A program made the position numbers and the translations under genes. The notes under the pieces were generated by a model. That model did no database searches and had not been told where the DNA came from. It saw nothing but the letters and a program-made list of their open reading frames with translations. A stretch of 63,731 bases of DNA, filler included. It is 5 parts of 5 records of this genome, joined end to end, with 100 filler letters (N's around TTAATTAATTAA, not from the genome) between each part and the next. Parts side by side here need not be neighbours in the genome. Positions count along the whole stretch, not along the records: positions 34,893 to 41,588 come from DRR378314_161; positions 41,689 to 58,398 come from DRR378314_165; 3 more parts are not named here. One strand, 5' to 3'. Position 1 is the stretch's first letter. Each line of letters begins with the position of its first letter. Below, piece by piece: positions 39,893 through 51,605 of this stretch.

Positions 39893-40654
39893 TCAAGCTC
39901 CTGTACGGACGAACTGGCCATCCACCACGTGGATGCCGCATTCTTCCTTGTTCTGGTTGCGCCAGCGACCGGCGCGGGGATCTTCGCCTTCCTTCACCGG
40001 GCTGGTGCAGGGGGCACAGCCGATGGACGGATAGCCCTTGGCCACCAGCGGGTGACGGGGCAGGCGGTTCTCATCCATATAGGCGCGCACGTCCTCGGGC
40101 GCCCAATGGGCCAGCGGGTTGATCTTCATCCGTCCCGTTCCGTCCTCGACCTCAAAGAAGTCGAGCGCGGCGCGGGTGCCGGATTGGAACCGCTTGCGGC
40201 CGGTGATCCAGCCGTCATAGCCGGCCAGCGCATGTTGCAGCGGCAGTGTCTTGCGCAGGGCGCAGCAAGCATCGGTGTCGGAGAACCGCAGCGCGCCGTA
40301 GGGGTCCTTTTCGGCGATGTCATCGGCCTTGATGACACGCACGTTCTTCAGGCCCAGACGCTCGCTCACCTCCTGCTGGTAGACCAGCGTTTCGGTGAAC
40401 AGCAGTTCGGTGTCGACAAACAGCACCGGCACCATCGGGTTGATCACCGCGGCCATATGCAACAGCACCACCGATTCCGCGCCGAAGGAGGAGACCAGGG
40501 CGATGTTTCCGGCATCGCGAAGGGCACCCTCCATCACGGAGGTGGCCGAATGGTGCTTGAACCGCGCGTTCAGCGCCGCCACCTGTTCGGCCAGGGCCAA
40601 CGCGCTGCGCGAAGGCGCGGGCTGTCCCTGTATTTCCTGGTCAATACGAGTCAT
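39893..40654 (-). CDS. cysH: (P)APS reductase with Fe-S ligands (APS-type)
   Basis: SSFGAES, DACCALRK, GYPSIGCAPCT, ECGIH. Confidence 0.94.
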   Translation of the reverse strand: MTRIDQEIQGQPAPSRSALALAEQVAALNARFKHHSATSVMEGALRDAGNIALVSSFGAESVVLLHMAAVINPMVPVLFVDTELLFTETLVYQQEVSERLGLKNVRVIKADDIAEKDPYGALRFSDTDACCALRKTLPLQHALAGYDGWITGRKRFQSGTRAALDFFEVEDGTGRMKINPLAHWAPEDVRAYMDENRLPRHPLVAKGYPSIGCAPCTSPVKEGEDPRAGRWRNQNKEECGIHVVDGQFVRTGA

Positions 40655-40657
40655 GGC

Positions 40658-41588
<931 letters not shown>

Positions 41589-41688
41589 NNNNNNNNNNNN
41601 NNNNNNNNNNNNNNNNNNNNNNNNNNNNNNNNTTAATTAATTAANNNNNNNNNNNNNNNNNNNNNNNNNNNNNNNNNNNNNNNNNNNN
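41589..41688. other. Artificial contig spacer
   Basis: 44 N + TTAATTAATTAA + 44 N. Confidence 0.99.
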
Positions 41689-42580
41689 CATCCGCCTGCT
41701 CCGCCAACCGGTTGGCGGCTGCACTACCGGTCACCCCAATGGCACCCACAGCGCAAGCGTGGCTATCGGCCAGCGCGCCCTTGCCTGCTTGGGTTTCAGC
41801 GACCGGGATGCCGCGTGTTTTGGCAAATTCGGCTAAAGCGTCGCAGGCAGCCGCGTAATGTACGCCGCCGCCAGCAATGATCAGCGGGCGCTTGGCCTGT
41901 TGCAGTGCGGCGATGGCTTGGCGAAGTTCGAAAGCATCTGGCGGCGAGCGGCGAATGCGGTGCACTCTGGGGGCAAAAAATGCCTCCGGATAATCGTAGG
42001 CAAAGGTTTGCACATCCTGGGGCAGCGCCAGGGTCGCGGGGCCGCAGTGCTCCGGGTCAAGCAGGGTGGCAATCGCCTGGGGCAAGCTGGTCAGCAGCTG
42101 CTCGGGGCGGTTAATGCGGTCGAAGTAGCGCGATACCGGGCGAAAACAGTCGTTGACGCTAATCGTCGGGTCACCGAAATGTTCCACTTGTTGCAGCACC
42201 GGATCGGGTTCGCGGGTGGCAAAGGTGTCCCCCGGCAGCAGCAGGATCGGCAAACGGTTGGCATGAGCGAGCGCCGCGGCGGTGACCATATTGGTCGCCC
42301 CTGGGCCGATGGAGCTGGTCGCCGCCATTAGGCGCTGGCGGCCATTGGCCTTGGCAAAGGCGATCGCCGCGTGGGCCATGGACTGTTCGTTATGGGCACG
42401 AAAGGTCGGCAATTCGTCTTGCACGTGGTAAAGCGCTTCGCCTAACCCCGCCACGTTGCCATGACCAAAAATCGCAAATACCCCCTCAAAAAGCGCCACT
42501 TCTTGGCCATTTATATCAATACGCTGAGCGGAGAGATACTTAACCAGCGCCTGGGCCATGGTGAGTCGAATGGTGCTCAT
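41689..42580 (-). CDS. iolD: Trihydroxycyclohexane-1,2-dione acylhydrolase, 3' truncated
   Basis: TIRLTMAQAL, IFGHGNVAGLGEAL, SSIGPGATNM, PDPVLQQ. Confidence 0.96.
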
Positions 42581-42581
42581 C

Positions 42582-44540
42582 TTACGCCTCCTCGGTATGG
42601 GCCAGCGTTTGCGGCTGTGACTGCCTTAATTGCCGCCACGCCGTTATCAGTTCGGCATAGTTCTGGGCGACGCGCTCTACCAAGCTAGCGTCGTCGATAC
42701 GCCCAGCCAGCCAATCACGACTCGCACTAGCAAATAGCGTGCGACCAACGGTGAAACCCTTACAGCAGGCATGATTGGCGGCTGCTTCAAAGCCGCGTTT
42801 CATGTCGTCCATAGGGGCGTCAAGCCCGAGCAGTACGACCCCGCGGCAGTAAGCATCCTCACGCTCAATCGTCTCGCCCACCGCCTGCCAGGCAACATCC
42901 GTCATTGAGGGTAGCTTCCACCAGTCTGGGCGAATGCCTAGGTTGTAGAGCCGCTGAAGGCTGCGCGGTAGCGTCGTGTTATCGCTTTGCATATCAGCGG
43001 GAGGGATTATCTCAATCAGCAACTCCAGCCCATAAGCACAGGCCGCCTGGTAGAGCTGGCGCAGACGCTCCTCCTGCTCTAGGCGCAGTGAGAGTTCATC
43101 GTCAGGGTGGTAAAACACCAGGCATTTAATGATCTGTTCTCTAGGCCAGTTGCGTAGGCAGGCACCTAAGTCATCGCCATGCTGGAAACGCAGCGGGCGT
43201 GAGCCCGGCAGCTCTACCGGCCGACCAATCCACCAGCCTTTTCCACTGGCATGATTGAGCGCGTCCTGACCCAGCACGTCATCAACCAGGATAGCGGGAG
43301 TGGAGATGCCGCCCAGCTTGGCGCCCTCTTCAGCGGCGCTGACCAGGAGTTTTTTAAGCTTAGGAAGGCGCGCACTATCGGCATGCTCTTCGCGGGCCAT
43401 ATCGGTGAGTTGACGACGGTGGTCAAACGCCAGACCCAACACTTCAGGCCACTGAACGGGCACTCGGGTGGTGACGCGGTGTAAATGGTTTAGGCGTTGA
43501 TCAATATCCGGACGAGACACCTCATCCCGGCGCGCCAAGTAATCAAATAACTCGTCTTCGGTGGGCATGGCCGGGGCACAGCCGTGGCGGGAGACCACCA
43601 GCGCGCCACAGGCATTGGCATAGCTGGCACTGGTTTGCCAGGGTTCATTGCGTAGCCAGCCACGTAGCAGCCCGCTCATAAAGGCATCGCCAGCGCCCAG
43701 CACATTGAGTACTTCGACCTGAACGCCCTTGACCAGAATGCCGTCTTCAATACGCTCAGGAATAGCGCCTTCAAACACGACACAGCCCATGGGGCCCAGC
43801 TTGCATACCAGAGTGGCTTCGCTAACCTCACGTACCGCGCGCAAAGCCGCTAAGGTGTCCGTGCTGCCGCCGGCAATATGAAACTCCTCTTCGGTACCTA
43901 CAATCAGATCAAAATCTGGCAACCAGCGTTGCAGATCTGTAGTGACTTTTTCATCGGCGATAAAACGGGTTTCACCATCGCCGGGGTTGGTCAGCCCCCA
44001 CAGCACGGGGCGGTAATCGATGTCCAGCACCCGCTTAACGCCATAATGGGCGGCGGCGTCCAGTGCTTTGCGGCACGCTCGGCGAGTGGTATCGGTAGAA
44101 AGATGGGTGCCGGTAATCGCCAGCGCCTTGGCCCGAGCGATAAATTCAGGGTCGATGGCGTCGGCGTCGATGGCCATATCGGCACAGTCGCGGCGGTAAA
44201 ATAGCAGCGGGAAGCTTTCGCGATCTTTTAACGCCAGCAGCACCAAGCCGGTGTGGCGCTCGGGGTCGGTTTGTAGCGCGGAGATATCCACCCCCACTCG
44301 TGCTAATTCCTCGCGAACAAAGTTGCCCATTTGTTCATCGCCGACCCGCGAGAGCATGGCAGACTTCAATCCCAAACGAGCGGTACCGTAAGCCATATTG
44401 CCCGAGCTACCACCTAGGTACTTGGCAAAGCTCGCCACGTCTTCTAAGCGGCTGCCAATTTGCTCGGCGTACAGGTCGACCGCCACACGTCCCAGGCAAA
44501 TCAGGTCTAGCGGCCGGTGTTGACTATTGTTATTCAGCAT
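42582..44540 (-). CDS. iolC: 5-dehydro-2-deoxygluconokinase fused to DUF2090 (aldolase-like) domain
   Basis: FAKYLGGSSGN, GAGDAF; C-terminal LAFDHR, PDWWKL, GFTVGRT. Confidence 0.95.
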   Translation of the reverse strand: MLNNNSQHRPLDLICLGRVAVDLYAEQIGSRLEDVASFAKYLGGSSGNMAYGTARLGLKSAMLSRVGDEQMGNFVREELARVGVDISALQTDPERHTGLVLLALKDRESFPLLFYRRDCADMAIDADAIDPEFIARAKALAITGTHLSTDTTRRACRKALDAAAHYGVKRVLDIDYRPVLWGLTNPGDGETRFIADEKVTTDLQRWLPDFDLIVGTEEEFHIAGGSTDTLAALRAVREVSEATLVCKLGPMGCVVFEGAIPERIEDGILVKGVQVEVLNVLGAGDAFMSGLLRGWLRNEPWQTSASYANACGALVVSRHGCAPAMPTEDELFDYLARRDEVSRPDIDQRLNHLHRVTTRVPVQWPEVLGLAFDHRRQLTDMAREEHADSARLPKLKKLLVSAAEEGAKLGGISTPAILVDDVLGQDALNHASGKGWWIGRPVELPGSRPLRFQHGDDLGACLRNWPREQIIKCLVFYHPDDELSLRLEQEERLRQLYQAACAYGLELLIEIIPPADMQSDNTTLPRSLQRLYNLGIRPDWWKLPSMTDVAWQAVGETIEREDAYCRGVVLLGLDAPMDDMKRGFEAAANHACCKGFTVGRTLFASASRDWLAGRIDDASLVERVAQNYAELITAWRQLRQSQPQTLAHTEEA

Positions 44541-44630
44541 AAATGTCTCCCCACGTCACAAATTCGTGGTATCGGGCAAAAGAGGGCACTGGGCATAAAA
44601 GCGTCTTGGGTGGCTATCGATGGGGCTTAC

Positions 44631-45431
44631 CTAAAAGGAGAAGGCAGCACGGAATCGATCAAGGGCGAGGCCGTCATCGCCAGAGGCCCAACCTTCTAAC
44701 CCCACCGTGCCGCGATAACCTATGTCGTTCAGCGCTTGAGCAATGGCCGGGTAGTTAATCTCGCCAGTCCCCGGTTCGCAGCGCCCAGGCACATCGGCTA
44801 CCTGCACTTCACCAATGTACGGCCCGCAGCGGCGAATCAATTCAATCAGATTACCTTCGCCAATTTGGGCGTGATAAACATCTAGCATGATGCGCAAGCT
44901 AGGCCGATCAACACTCTCCACCAGTGCTAGAACATCTTCCAAGCGAGCAAACGGCACGCCGGGGTGATCAACCTCGGTATTGAGGTTTTCAAGCACGAAG
45001 ATGACGTCATTCTTCTCGCCAAGATCTGCCAGCCGATTGAGCGTGTCGCGGGCTTTGAGCCACATAGCGCCCGTCATCTGCTGGCAAGGTTGAACGGGCA
45101 ACCCATTACCATCTAGCCCGGTGCCATGCAGGTTAAGGCGCGGAATGCCAAGACGCTTTGCTACCTCAACCGACTCAGCGGCGGTGCGTAGCAGTTCATC
45201 TGCCCCGGCGGCATCTGCCAGGGTGCCGGTGACATAGCCGGTCATGGATGAAAACGTCGCCCCGCTATTGGCCAGTGCGTCAATGTCGTGCTTCGTCCAG
45301 TCCCAGATTTCGACTTGAAAGCCCAGTTCAGAAATACGCTTAACGCGTTCCAATATCGGCAAATCGCAGAAGATCATTTCAGCACAGGCAGCCAGCGTGA
45401 ACGGCGATGATGGGGTCAACTTATTCATCAT
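44631..45431 (-). CDS. Hyi-like sugar-phosphate isomerase TIM-barrel protein
   Basis: LENLN..DHPG, LDVYHAQIGEGN, QVADVPGRCEPGTGEINY. Confidence 0.88.
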   Translation of the reverse strand: MMNKLTPSSPFTLAACAEMIFCDLPILERVKRISELGFQVEIWDWTKHDIDALANSGATFSSMTGYVTGTLADAAGADELLRTAAESVEVAKRLGIPRLNLHGTGLDGNGLPVQPCQQMTGAMWLKARDTLNRLADLGEKNDVIFVLENLNTEVDHPGVPFARLEDVLALVESVDRPSLRIMLDVYHAQIGEGNLIELIRRCGPYIGEVQVADVPGRCEPGTGEINYPAIAQALNDIGYRGTVGLEGWASGDDGLALDRFRAAFSF

Positions 45432-45437
45432 GCTTCC

Positions 45438-46325
45438 TTAATAGCCGCTTGCCGCTCGCGGTGAAGTTTGCTCGGCGCTGCTTGCATCGGCAGGCTGAGT
45501 GTCTTGATCGGCTAAGCTGGCCTTCTTGGCTTTATCCTCCCGCTGGAATTCCGCAAGCTCTGCATCCAGGCTTTCAAGCTCAGCGCCACCCGCCATCATG
45601 TTGAGCACTTCTTCGCGGCTGACTTCCTCTTTGCGGAAGGAGCCCAAACTACCGCCGCGTGACAATAGGGTGAACGCATCGGCCACTGGGTAAGCATGGT
45701 GGACATTGTGGGTAATAAAGATGACTGCAAGGCCATCTGCGCGGGCTTTGGCAATGTAGCGCAGTACAACAGACGCCTGCTTGACCCCAAGCGCGGACGT
45801 GGGCTCATCCAGAATCAGCACTTTGGCACCAAAGTAGACGGCACGAGCAATCGCCACACACTGGCGCTCCCCGCCAGAAAGCGTGCCTACCGGCTGGCTT
45901 GGGTCGCGTACATCAATACCGATTTTGGACATTTCCTCTTTGGCAACCCGGTCGGCATATTTCCAATCAATGCGCTTTAAAGGCCCCCAGCCCACCGTCG
46001 GTTCGCGCCCCATAAAAAAGTTACGGGTAATCGACATCAACGGCACCATCGCCAGATCCTGGAAAACGGTCGCGATACCAGCGTCTAATGCATAAGCTGG
46101 GGACTTGAAACGAGCGGGTTTGCCATCCAGTAGCATTTCGCCGTGGGTGGGCTGGTGAACACCGGAAAGGGTTTTAATCAACGTTGACTTGCCAGCACCG
46201 TTATCCCCTAGCAGGCACATAACCTCACCGGAGTAGACCTGCATCGAGATATCACTTAAGGCGATAACACTGCCGAAGTGTTTGCTGACACTGCGCATTT
46301 CAATCATTGGCGTACGTGTGGTCAT
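45438..46325 (-). CDS. Sugar (inositol) ABC transporter ATPase
   Basis: [20 protein letters not shown]. Confidence 0.93.
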   Translation of the reverse strand: MTTRTPMIEMRSVSKHFGSVIALSDISMQVYSGEVMCLLGDNGAGKSTLIKTLSGVHQPTHGEMLLDGKPARFKSPAYALDAGIATVFQDLAMVPLMSITRNFFMGREPTVGWGPLKRIDWKYADRVAKEEMSKIGIDVRDPSQPVGTLSGGERQCVAIARAVYFGAKVLILDEPTSALGVKQASVVLRYIAKARADGLAVIFITHNVHHAYPVADAFTLLSRGGSLGSFRKEEVSREEVLNMMAGGAELESLDAELAEFQREDKAKKASLADQDTQPADASSAEQTSPRAASGY

Positions 46326-46326
46326 G

Positions 46327-47457
46327 TTATTTGGCCTCCATCGCCTTTTTGCGCATGTAATTGTTGAATAGCACCGCCACCAGCAACATCACGCCCAGGA
46401 AAACCTGGAACCAGTCGGTATTAACGCCGGTGTAAAAGATGCCCATTTGCACCATGCCAAAGATCAGTGCCCCCAGCGCCGCACCAATGGCAGACCCATA
46501 GCCACCGGTCAGCAAAGCACCGCCAATGACAACGGCAATGATGGCTTCCAGTTCTTTTAATAGGCCGCGAATGGTGTCCGCCGAGCCGGTATCCATCACC
46601 TGGATGCAGGCAAAGATGGTGGCGGAGAAAGCGGTGAACATGAACAGTGAAATCTTGACGCGCTGGACGGGAACGCCTGAGTTGCGCGCCGCATTGGCAT
46701 CGCCACCGCTAGCGAATATCCAGTTGCCGTAAGGCGTGCACAGCAGCACCCAAGTCGCTACAGCGGTTAAGCCCAGCCACCAGACAATCGAGACAGGAAT
46801 ACCGGTAACCGTGGGGTTGCCCGCAAAGTTGGTCGCCATCCAGCCATTGGCTGCCATCCAGCTAAATAGGCCCGTAGCGACTTCTCCAGAGAAAAGCGCC
46901 GCAAACCAATCTCCGGGGATATGATCCTGCACTCCTCCTACCTGAGTACGTCCCGTCAACAACCGACTGGTTCCGATAGCCAGGCCACGCAGAATGAACA
47001 GGAAGCCCAGGGTAACGATAAATGACGGCAAGCCTGTTTTATTGACCAGATTACCGTTAATCCAGCCCACCAAGCCCGCACAGGCGAACGCCAATAAAAT
47101 TGCGGCCCATAGCGGCCAGCCATACTCCACCGCGGGGATGGCAATCAGGATACCTGCCAAGCCAATCATCGAGCCAATCGACAGATCAAACTCTCCGCCA
47201 ATCATCAATAACGCAGCCGCCGTGGCGATAATGCCGAGCTGAGCGGCGACTTCAAGAAAATTAATAATACCCGCGGGGGTAAACATCCCGGTGCCGCTGG
47301 AAGCAGCGATAAAGAAGGCAAGCACCAACACGGCACCGGCCAGCGCCCCCAACTCCGGGCGATTAAGCGCTTTCTTCCAGAAAGAGACTCTCTGGATACG
47401 CTCATCTTGATCATCCGCTGCTGGCGCAACCGGTGGTTTCGTTTCAGTGGAATTCAT
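46327..47457 (-). CDS. Sugar (inositol) ABC transporter permease
   Basis: [28 protein letters not shown]. Confidence 0.93.
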   Translation of the reverse strand: MNSTETKPPVAPAADDQDERIQRVSFWKKALNRPELGALAGAVLVLAFFIAASSGTGMFTPAGIINFLEVAAQLGIIATAAALLMIGGEFDLSIGSMIGLAGILIAIPAVEYGWPLWAAILLAFACAGLVGWINGNLVNKTGLPSFIVTLGFLFILRGLAIGTSRLLTGRTQVGGVQDHIPGDWFAALFSGEVATGLFSWMAANGWMATNFAGNPTVTGIPVSIVWWLGLTAVATWVLLCTPYGNWIFASGGDANAARNSGVPVQRVKISLFMFTAFSATIFACIQVMDTGSADTIRGLLKELEAIIAVVIGGALLTGGYGSAIGAALGALIFGMVQMGIFYTGVNTDWFQVFLGVMLLVAVLFNNYMRKKAMEAK

Positions 47458-47511
47458 AGCGATCGACTCCCAAGGCTCGACACCGCCGAGCCTTTTCCGA
47501 TTAGGTAGTTA

Positions 47512-48462
47512 TCAGCGGATGCCCTGACTACTCAGCTCAATGACCTGAGCAGCGTTTTCTTGAGTAACAAATCCAGGGCCGGTGGCAACATCCCCTGCGG
47601 GCAGCAGACCGTTCTTGACGAACTGATCTAGGAACATGACAGGTAAATAGCCCTGCATGTACTGCTGTTGGTCGATCGCAAAGTCCAGCTCACCCGCATC
47701 CAAGGCTTCCAAAATACCGGGTGAAAGGTCAAAGGTGCCGAGAGTAAACATATCGGTTGCTCCCTGCTCACGCATGGCCCGAATCATCGGATCAGCGGCC
47801 AATGCGCCCAAGGTCAGCACACCACGCACATCACTGTTTTCGTTGAGGTAAGCGACAATAGCATTGCGAATATTGGTGGGGTCGTAAGTGGTCGCTAGCT
47901 GCTCAGCATTGCCATCGAAGCCGTCGACAAAACCATCACAGCGCTGGTCAAGTCCTTGGTTGCCTTGTTCATGGTTAACGCAGACGCCTTTCTCGACGCC
48001 CATCTCCTGCATACGTTCAGCAGCTTGTTTACCTGCCTCATATTCACTCTGACCAACGTGTAATCGGGCACCATAATCCCTTGCCACGTCGCCACCGGAG
48101 TTAATAGTGATGACGGGTATGCCGTTATCGACAGCATTTTGCACAGCGCCACCCAGGGCATTTTCGTCGGTAAAAGAGAGAATCAAACCATCAGGACCAG
48201 ATGCCACTGCGGCTTCTACAAGCTGCTGCATCTTAGCCATATCAAAGGTGGAGGGCGCGCGATACTCCAAGCTAGCCCCAACGGTTTCAGCGGCGGCTTC
48301 TGCACCGTTTTTAACCACCGACCAGAAAGGATCAGAGGGAACGCCATGGGTCACCATGACGAAACGGCTCTCTTCTTGCTCTGGTTCCTGTGCTTGAACG
48401 ACACCTGCCATTAATGCCGTGGTAGCGGCAGAGGCTAGAAGCCATTGAGATAGACGTGCCAT
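47512..48462 (-). CDS. Sugar (inositol) ABC substrate-binding protein
   Basis: Signal peptide; DPFWSVVKNG, IDQQQYMQGY; iol context. Confidence 0.92.
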   Translation of the reverse strand: MARLSQWLLASAATTALMAGVVQAQEPEQEESRFVMVTHGVPSDPFWSVVKNGAEAAAETVGASLEYRAPSTFDMAKMQQLVEAAVASGPDGLILSFTDENALGGAVQNAVDNGIPVITINSGGDVARDYGARLHVGQSEYEAGKQAAERMQEMGVEKGVCVNHEQGNQGLDQRCDGFVDGFDGNAEQLATTYDPTNIRNAIVAYLNENSDVRGVLTLGALAADPMIRAMREQGATDMFTLGTFDLSPGILEALDAGELDFAIDQQQYMQGYLPVMFLDQFVKNGLLPAGDVATGPGFVTQENAAQVIELSSQGIR

Positions 48463-48524
48463 AAATAATTCCTCATAACGTTATCGTTGTTGGTAGGGAA
48501 GTGGCATTAAATGCCTTGGCGTTA

Positions 48525-48600
48525 TGAAATATAGATTCCAAACATCAGTTATAGCAAATTATTTATTCTATACTTTGGTATAAATGGAATATTTATTCCA
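48525..48600. promoter_or_regulatory. IolR operator array
   Basis: TGAAATATAGATTCCA (48525), CAAATTATTTATTCTA (48555), TGGAATATTTATTCCA (48585); GGAA-N6-TTCC type. Confidence 0.8.
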
Positions 48601-48701
48601 ATCAACTAGACTGCACAGCAACGAGTCACTTTGCTCAGTACTGCATATCCACTAGTACATAAGCAGAAGGCTGCTAGATGGGCCAACGCGAAGGAATTTG
48701 T

Positions 48702-49571
48702 ATGCCACAACCACCACAGAGCTACCGTGAGTTGGAAACGCTGATCACCGCCGAGTACGCCACACTGAGCAAACGCTTACAGCAAACCGCGCGCTTTATG
48801 CTTGATCACCCTCAGGAAGTTGCTTTAGCGACCGTGGCCAAAATTGCCGAACAAGCAGATGTCACGCCATCCACCTTAATTCGCTTAGCCAATAGCTTGG
48901 GCTTTAAGGGCTTTTCCGAAATGCAGCAGTTGTTTCGCAGCCGTCTGGTCGATGAGTTGCCTAACTACACCGAACGCATTCGCGCGGTACGCAGCGCCAC
49001 CGGAGAAACACCCGATAGCACCCAACTATTATGGGAGTTCGCTGACGCCAACCGCGCCGTGCTTGAGCAACTACCCAGCCGTATTGATCCAGAGAGCCTA
49101 GAGAAGGCGCTCGATATTTTTGAAAAGGCCCATGCGATTCATGTAATGGGCGCACGGCGCAGCTTCATGGTCGCCAGCTACATGACCTATGCCCTGGCGC
49201 ATGTGGATAAACCTGCGCTGCTGGTCAGTGGTTTGGGGGGAATGTACGGCGAGCAACTGCGCGCGATGAGCCAACACGACGCCCTACTAACCATCAGCTT
49301 CTCTCCCTATGCCGAAGAGAGCCAAAAAGCCTGCGAAGACGCCCATCAGCGCGGTCTGCCCATTGTGGTGATTACCGATTCAAGCCTTAGCCCACTGGCG
49401 CGTTTCGCGGATGTTGCTTTCGTGGTTAACGAAGCTGAAGTGAAAAGTTTTCGCGGCTTGACCGCATCGCTCTGTTTAACCCAAGCCTTGGCAATTGCCC
49501 TGGGCGTGCGGCAAGACAAATCCCGGGACAAAGCCCTGGAAAAAGCCTCGACTAAAAAACGTAAGACATAA
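48702..49571 (+). CDS. iolR: RpiR-family inositol regulator
   Basis: LSKRLQQTA, VTPSTLIRLANSLGFKGFSEMQ, SIS domain; iol context. Confidence 0.9.
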   Translation: MPQPPQSYRELETLITAEYATLSKRLQQTARFMLDHPQEVALATVAKIAEQADVTPSTLIRLANSLGFKGFSEMQQLFRSRLVDELPNYTERIRAVRSATGETPDSTQLLWEFADANRAVLEQLPSRIDPESLEKALDIFEKAHAIHVMGARRSFMVASYMTYALAHVDKPALLVSGLGGMYGEQLRAMSQHDALLTISFSPYAEESQKACEDAHQRGLPIVVITDSSLSPLARFADVAFVVNEAEVKSFRGLTASLCLTQALAIALGVRQDKSRDKALEKASTKKRKT

Positions 49572-49608
49572 ACACCAAGCCAACAGCAACAACAAAACAG
49601 GAGTGCTT

Positions 49609-50604
49609 ATGAAACTCGCGCTTATCGGCGCTGGACGCATCGGCAAGGTGCATGCCCAGGCCATTTATTCACACCCCAACGTTACGCTGGTTGCCGTAGC
49701 TGATTTTCACCAGCCTGCCGCAGAAGCCCTGGCCGAGCAGTACGCTAGCCGAGCGGCCTCTGTGGATGAAATCTTCGCAGATGATGAAATTGATGCCGTA
49801 CTGATTGCTTCAAGCACACCTACGCATGCGGAGTATCTCGAGCGTGCCGCCCGCGCAGGCAAGGCGGTTCTGTGCGAAAAACCTATCGCCCTGGATTTAG
49901 CGCGCACGCGCGATGCCCTACAGGTACTTAGCGAACACCCGGTGACCTGCGCGTTAGGCTTTAACCGCCGCCACGATCCTCAGTTTGCAGCATTAAAAAA
50001 AGCGATTACCGAAGGGCGTATTGGCGCACTTGAAACGCTGACGATTATTAGCCGCGACCCCTCTCCCCCGCCTGCCGAGTATGTGGCTGAGTCCGGCGGT
50101 CTGTTCCGCGACATGATGATTCATGATCTTGATATGGCTCGCTGGTTGCTGGATGAGCCGATTGAAAGTGTCTTTGCCGTCGGTAGTAGCATCATTGACC
50201 CAGCGATTGGCGAAGCTGGTGATGTAGATACCGCCATGGTCACCCTTACCACCGCCAGTGGCAAGCTATGCCAAATCAGCAACTCACGACGCGCTAGCTA
50301 CGGCTACGATCAGCGTATCGAAGCCTTTGGCAGCCAAGGCATGCTGCAAGCCCAGAACGAGAGCGACACTCGGCTGCGTTTTACGGGGGAAGCAGGCCAA
50401 GTGGAGGATAAACCCAAGTGGTTCTTCCTGGAGCGCTACGCCCAAGCCTACCAACTTGAAATTGGCGACTTTGTCGCCGCCTGGCAAGAGAAGCGTGCGC
50501 CACTCGCCGGTGCCCAAGATGGCCTAGAGGCGTTGCGCTTAGCCGATGCAGCGGAGCTTTCATTGCGTGAAGGTCGCAAAGTTCTGCTCGACGCCCCGGT
50601 TTAA
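49609..50604 (+). CDS. iolG: Myo-inositol 2-dehydrogenase
   Basis: GAGRIG, CEKP, GFNRR, DMMIHD, YGYDQRIE; AGGAG upstream. Confidence 0.94.
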   Translation: MKLALIGAGRIGKVHAQAIYSHPNVTLVAVADFHQPAAEALAEQYASRAASVDEIFADDEIDAVLIASSTPTHAEYLERAARAGKAVLCEKPIALDLARTRDALQVLSEHPVTCALGFNRRHDPQFAALKKAITEGRIGALETLTIISRDPSPPPAEYVAESGGLFRDMMIHDLDMARWLLDEPIESVFAVGSSIIDPAIGEAGDVDTAMVTLTTASGKLCQISNSRRASYGYDQRIEAFGSQGMLQAQNESDTRLRFTGEAGQVEDKPKWFFLERYAQAYQLEIGDFVAAWQEKRAPLAGAQDGLEALRLADAAELSLREGRKVLLDAPV

Positions 50605-50690
50605 ACAGACGCAGACGGGTCTGTGTAGACCTTGCATATCGACAACGACTAGCTGCCAACCGAGCAGCTAGCCATCAGAAGGAGCGATAT

Positions 50691-51494
50691 ATGGCTTCAC
50701 TACTGGTACGCCCCACCGCCCCAGATGCCCAAGGCACCGTGATTGACGTTACCCCTGAATCGGCTGGCTGGACGCACGTTGGCTTTCGGGTGCATAAACT
50801 CGCCAAGGGCCAGCGCCTGGAGGCCAGCAGCGTTGACCAGGAAGTCTGCCTGGTGCTGCTCACCGGGCGGGCCACAGTGACCTGCGGCGAGCACCGCTTT
50901 GAAGACATCGGCAAGCGCATGGATATCTTTGAGCAGATCCCTCCCTACGCGGTTTATCTGCCTGACCATGTTAGCTACGCGGTGGAAGCGACCACGGACT
51001 TAGAGCTTGCGGTGTGCGCTGCCCCTGGGCATGGCAATCACGCCCCAAGGCTGATTTCCCCCGACAACATCAAGCAGAGCACCCGTGGCCAGGGCACTAA
51101 TACCCGCCATGTTCACGATATTTTGCCGGAAACCGAGCCCGCCGATAGCCTACTGGTGGTCGAAGTATTCACACCCGCGGGCAACTGGTCGAGCTACCCG
51201 CCACATAAACACGATGTGGATAACTTACCCCACGAATCACATTTGGAAGAGACCTACTACCACCGCATTAACCCTGAACAAGGGTTCGCCTTTCAGCGCG
51301 TTTACACCGATGACCGAAGCCTTGATGAAACCATGGCGGTAGAGAATGGTTGCTGCGTGCTGGTGCCCAAGGGCTACCACCCCGTGGGTGCTTCTCATGG
51401 CTACTCGCTCTACTACTTAAATGTCATGGCGGGGCCCAAGCGGGCGTGGAAATTTCACAACGACCCCGACCATGAGTGGTTAATGAAAGCCTAA
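50691..51494 (+). CDS. iolB: 5-deoxy-glucuronate isomerase
   Basis: GNWSSYPPHKHD, LEETYYH, GYHPV, YLNVMAG. Confidence 0.96.
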   Translation: MASLLVRPTAPDAQGTVIDVTPESAGWTHVGFRVHKLAKGQRLEASSVDQEVCLVLLTGRATVTCGEHRFEDIGKRMDIFEQIPPYAVYLPDHVSYAVEATTDLELAVCAAPGHGNHAPRLISPDNIKQSTRGQGTNTRHVHDILPETEPADSLLVVEVFTPAGNWSSYPPHKHDVDNLPHESHLEETYYHRINPEQGFAFQRVYTDDRSLDETMAVENGCCVLVPKGYHPVGASHGYSLYYLNVMAGPKRAWKFHNDPDHEWLMKA

Positions 51495-51542
51495 CGGGCG
51501 GCACAATTTGCCTGCTAACATTTATCCAATGCTATGCTGTAT

Positions 51543-51565
51543 AGCCCCGCTAATGCGGGGCTTTT
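51543..51565 (+). terminator. Probable terminator after iolB
   Basis: AGCCCCGC-TAAT-GCGGGGCT-TTT. Confidence 0.65.
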
Positions 51566-51605
51566 CGCGTTAGGCTTTTCAACGACTGGTTGCCAAGGAC
51601 TTGCC

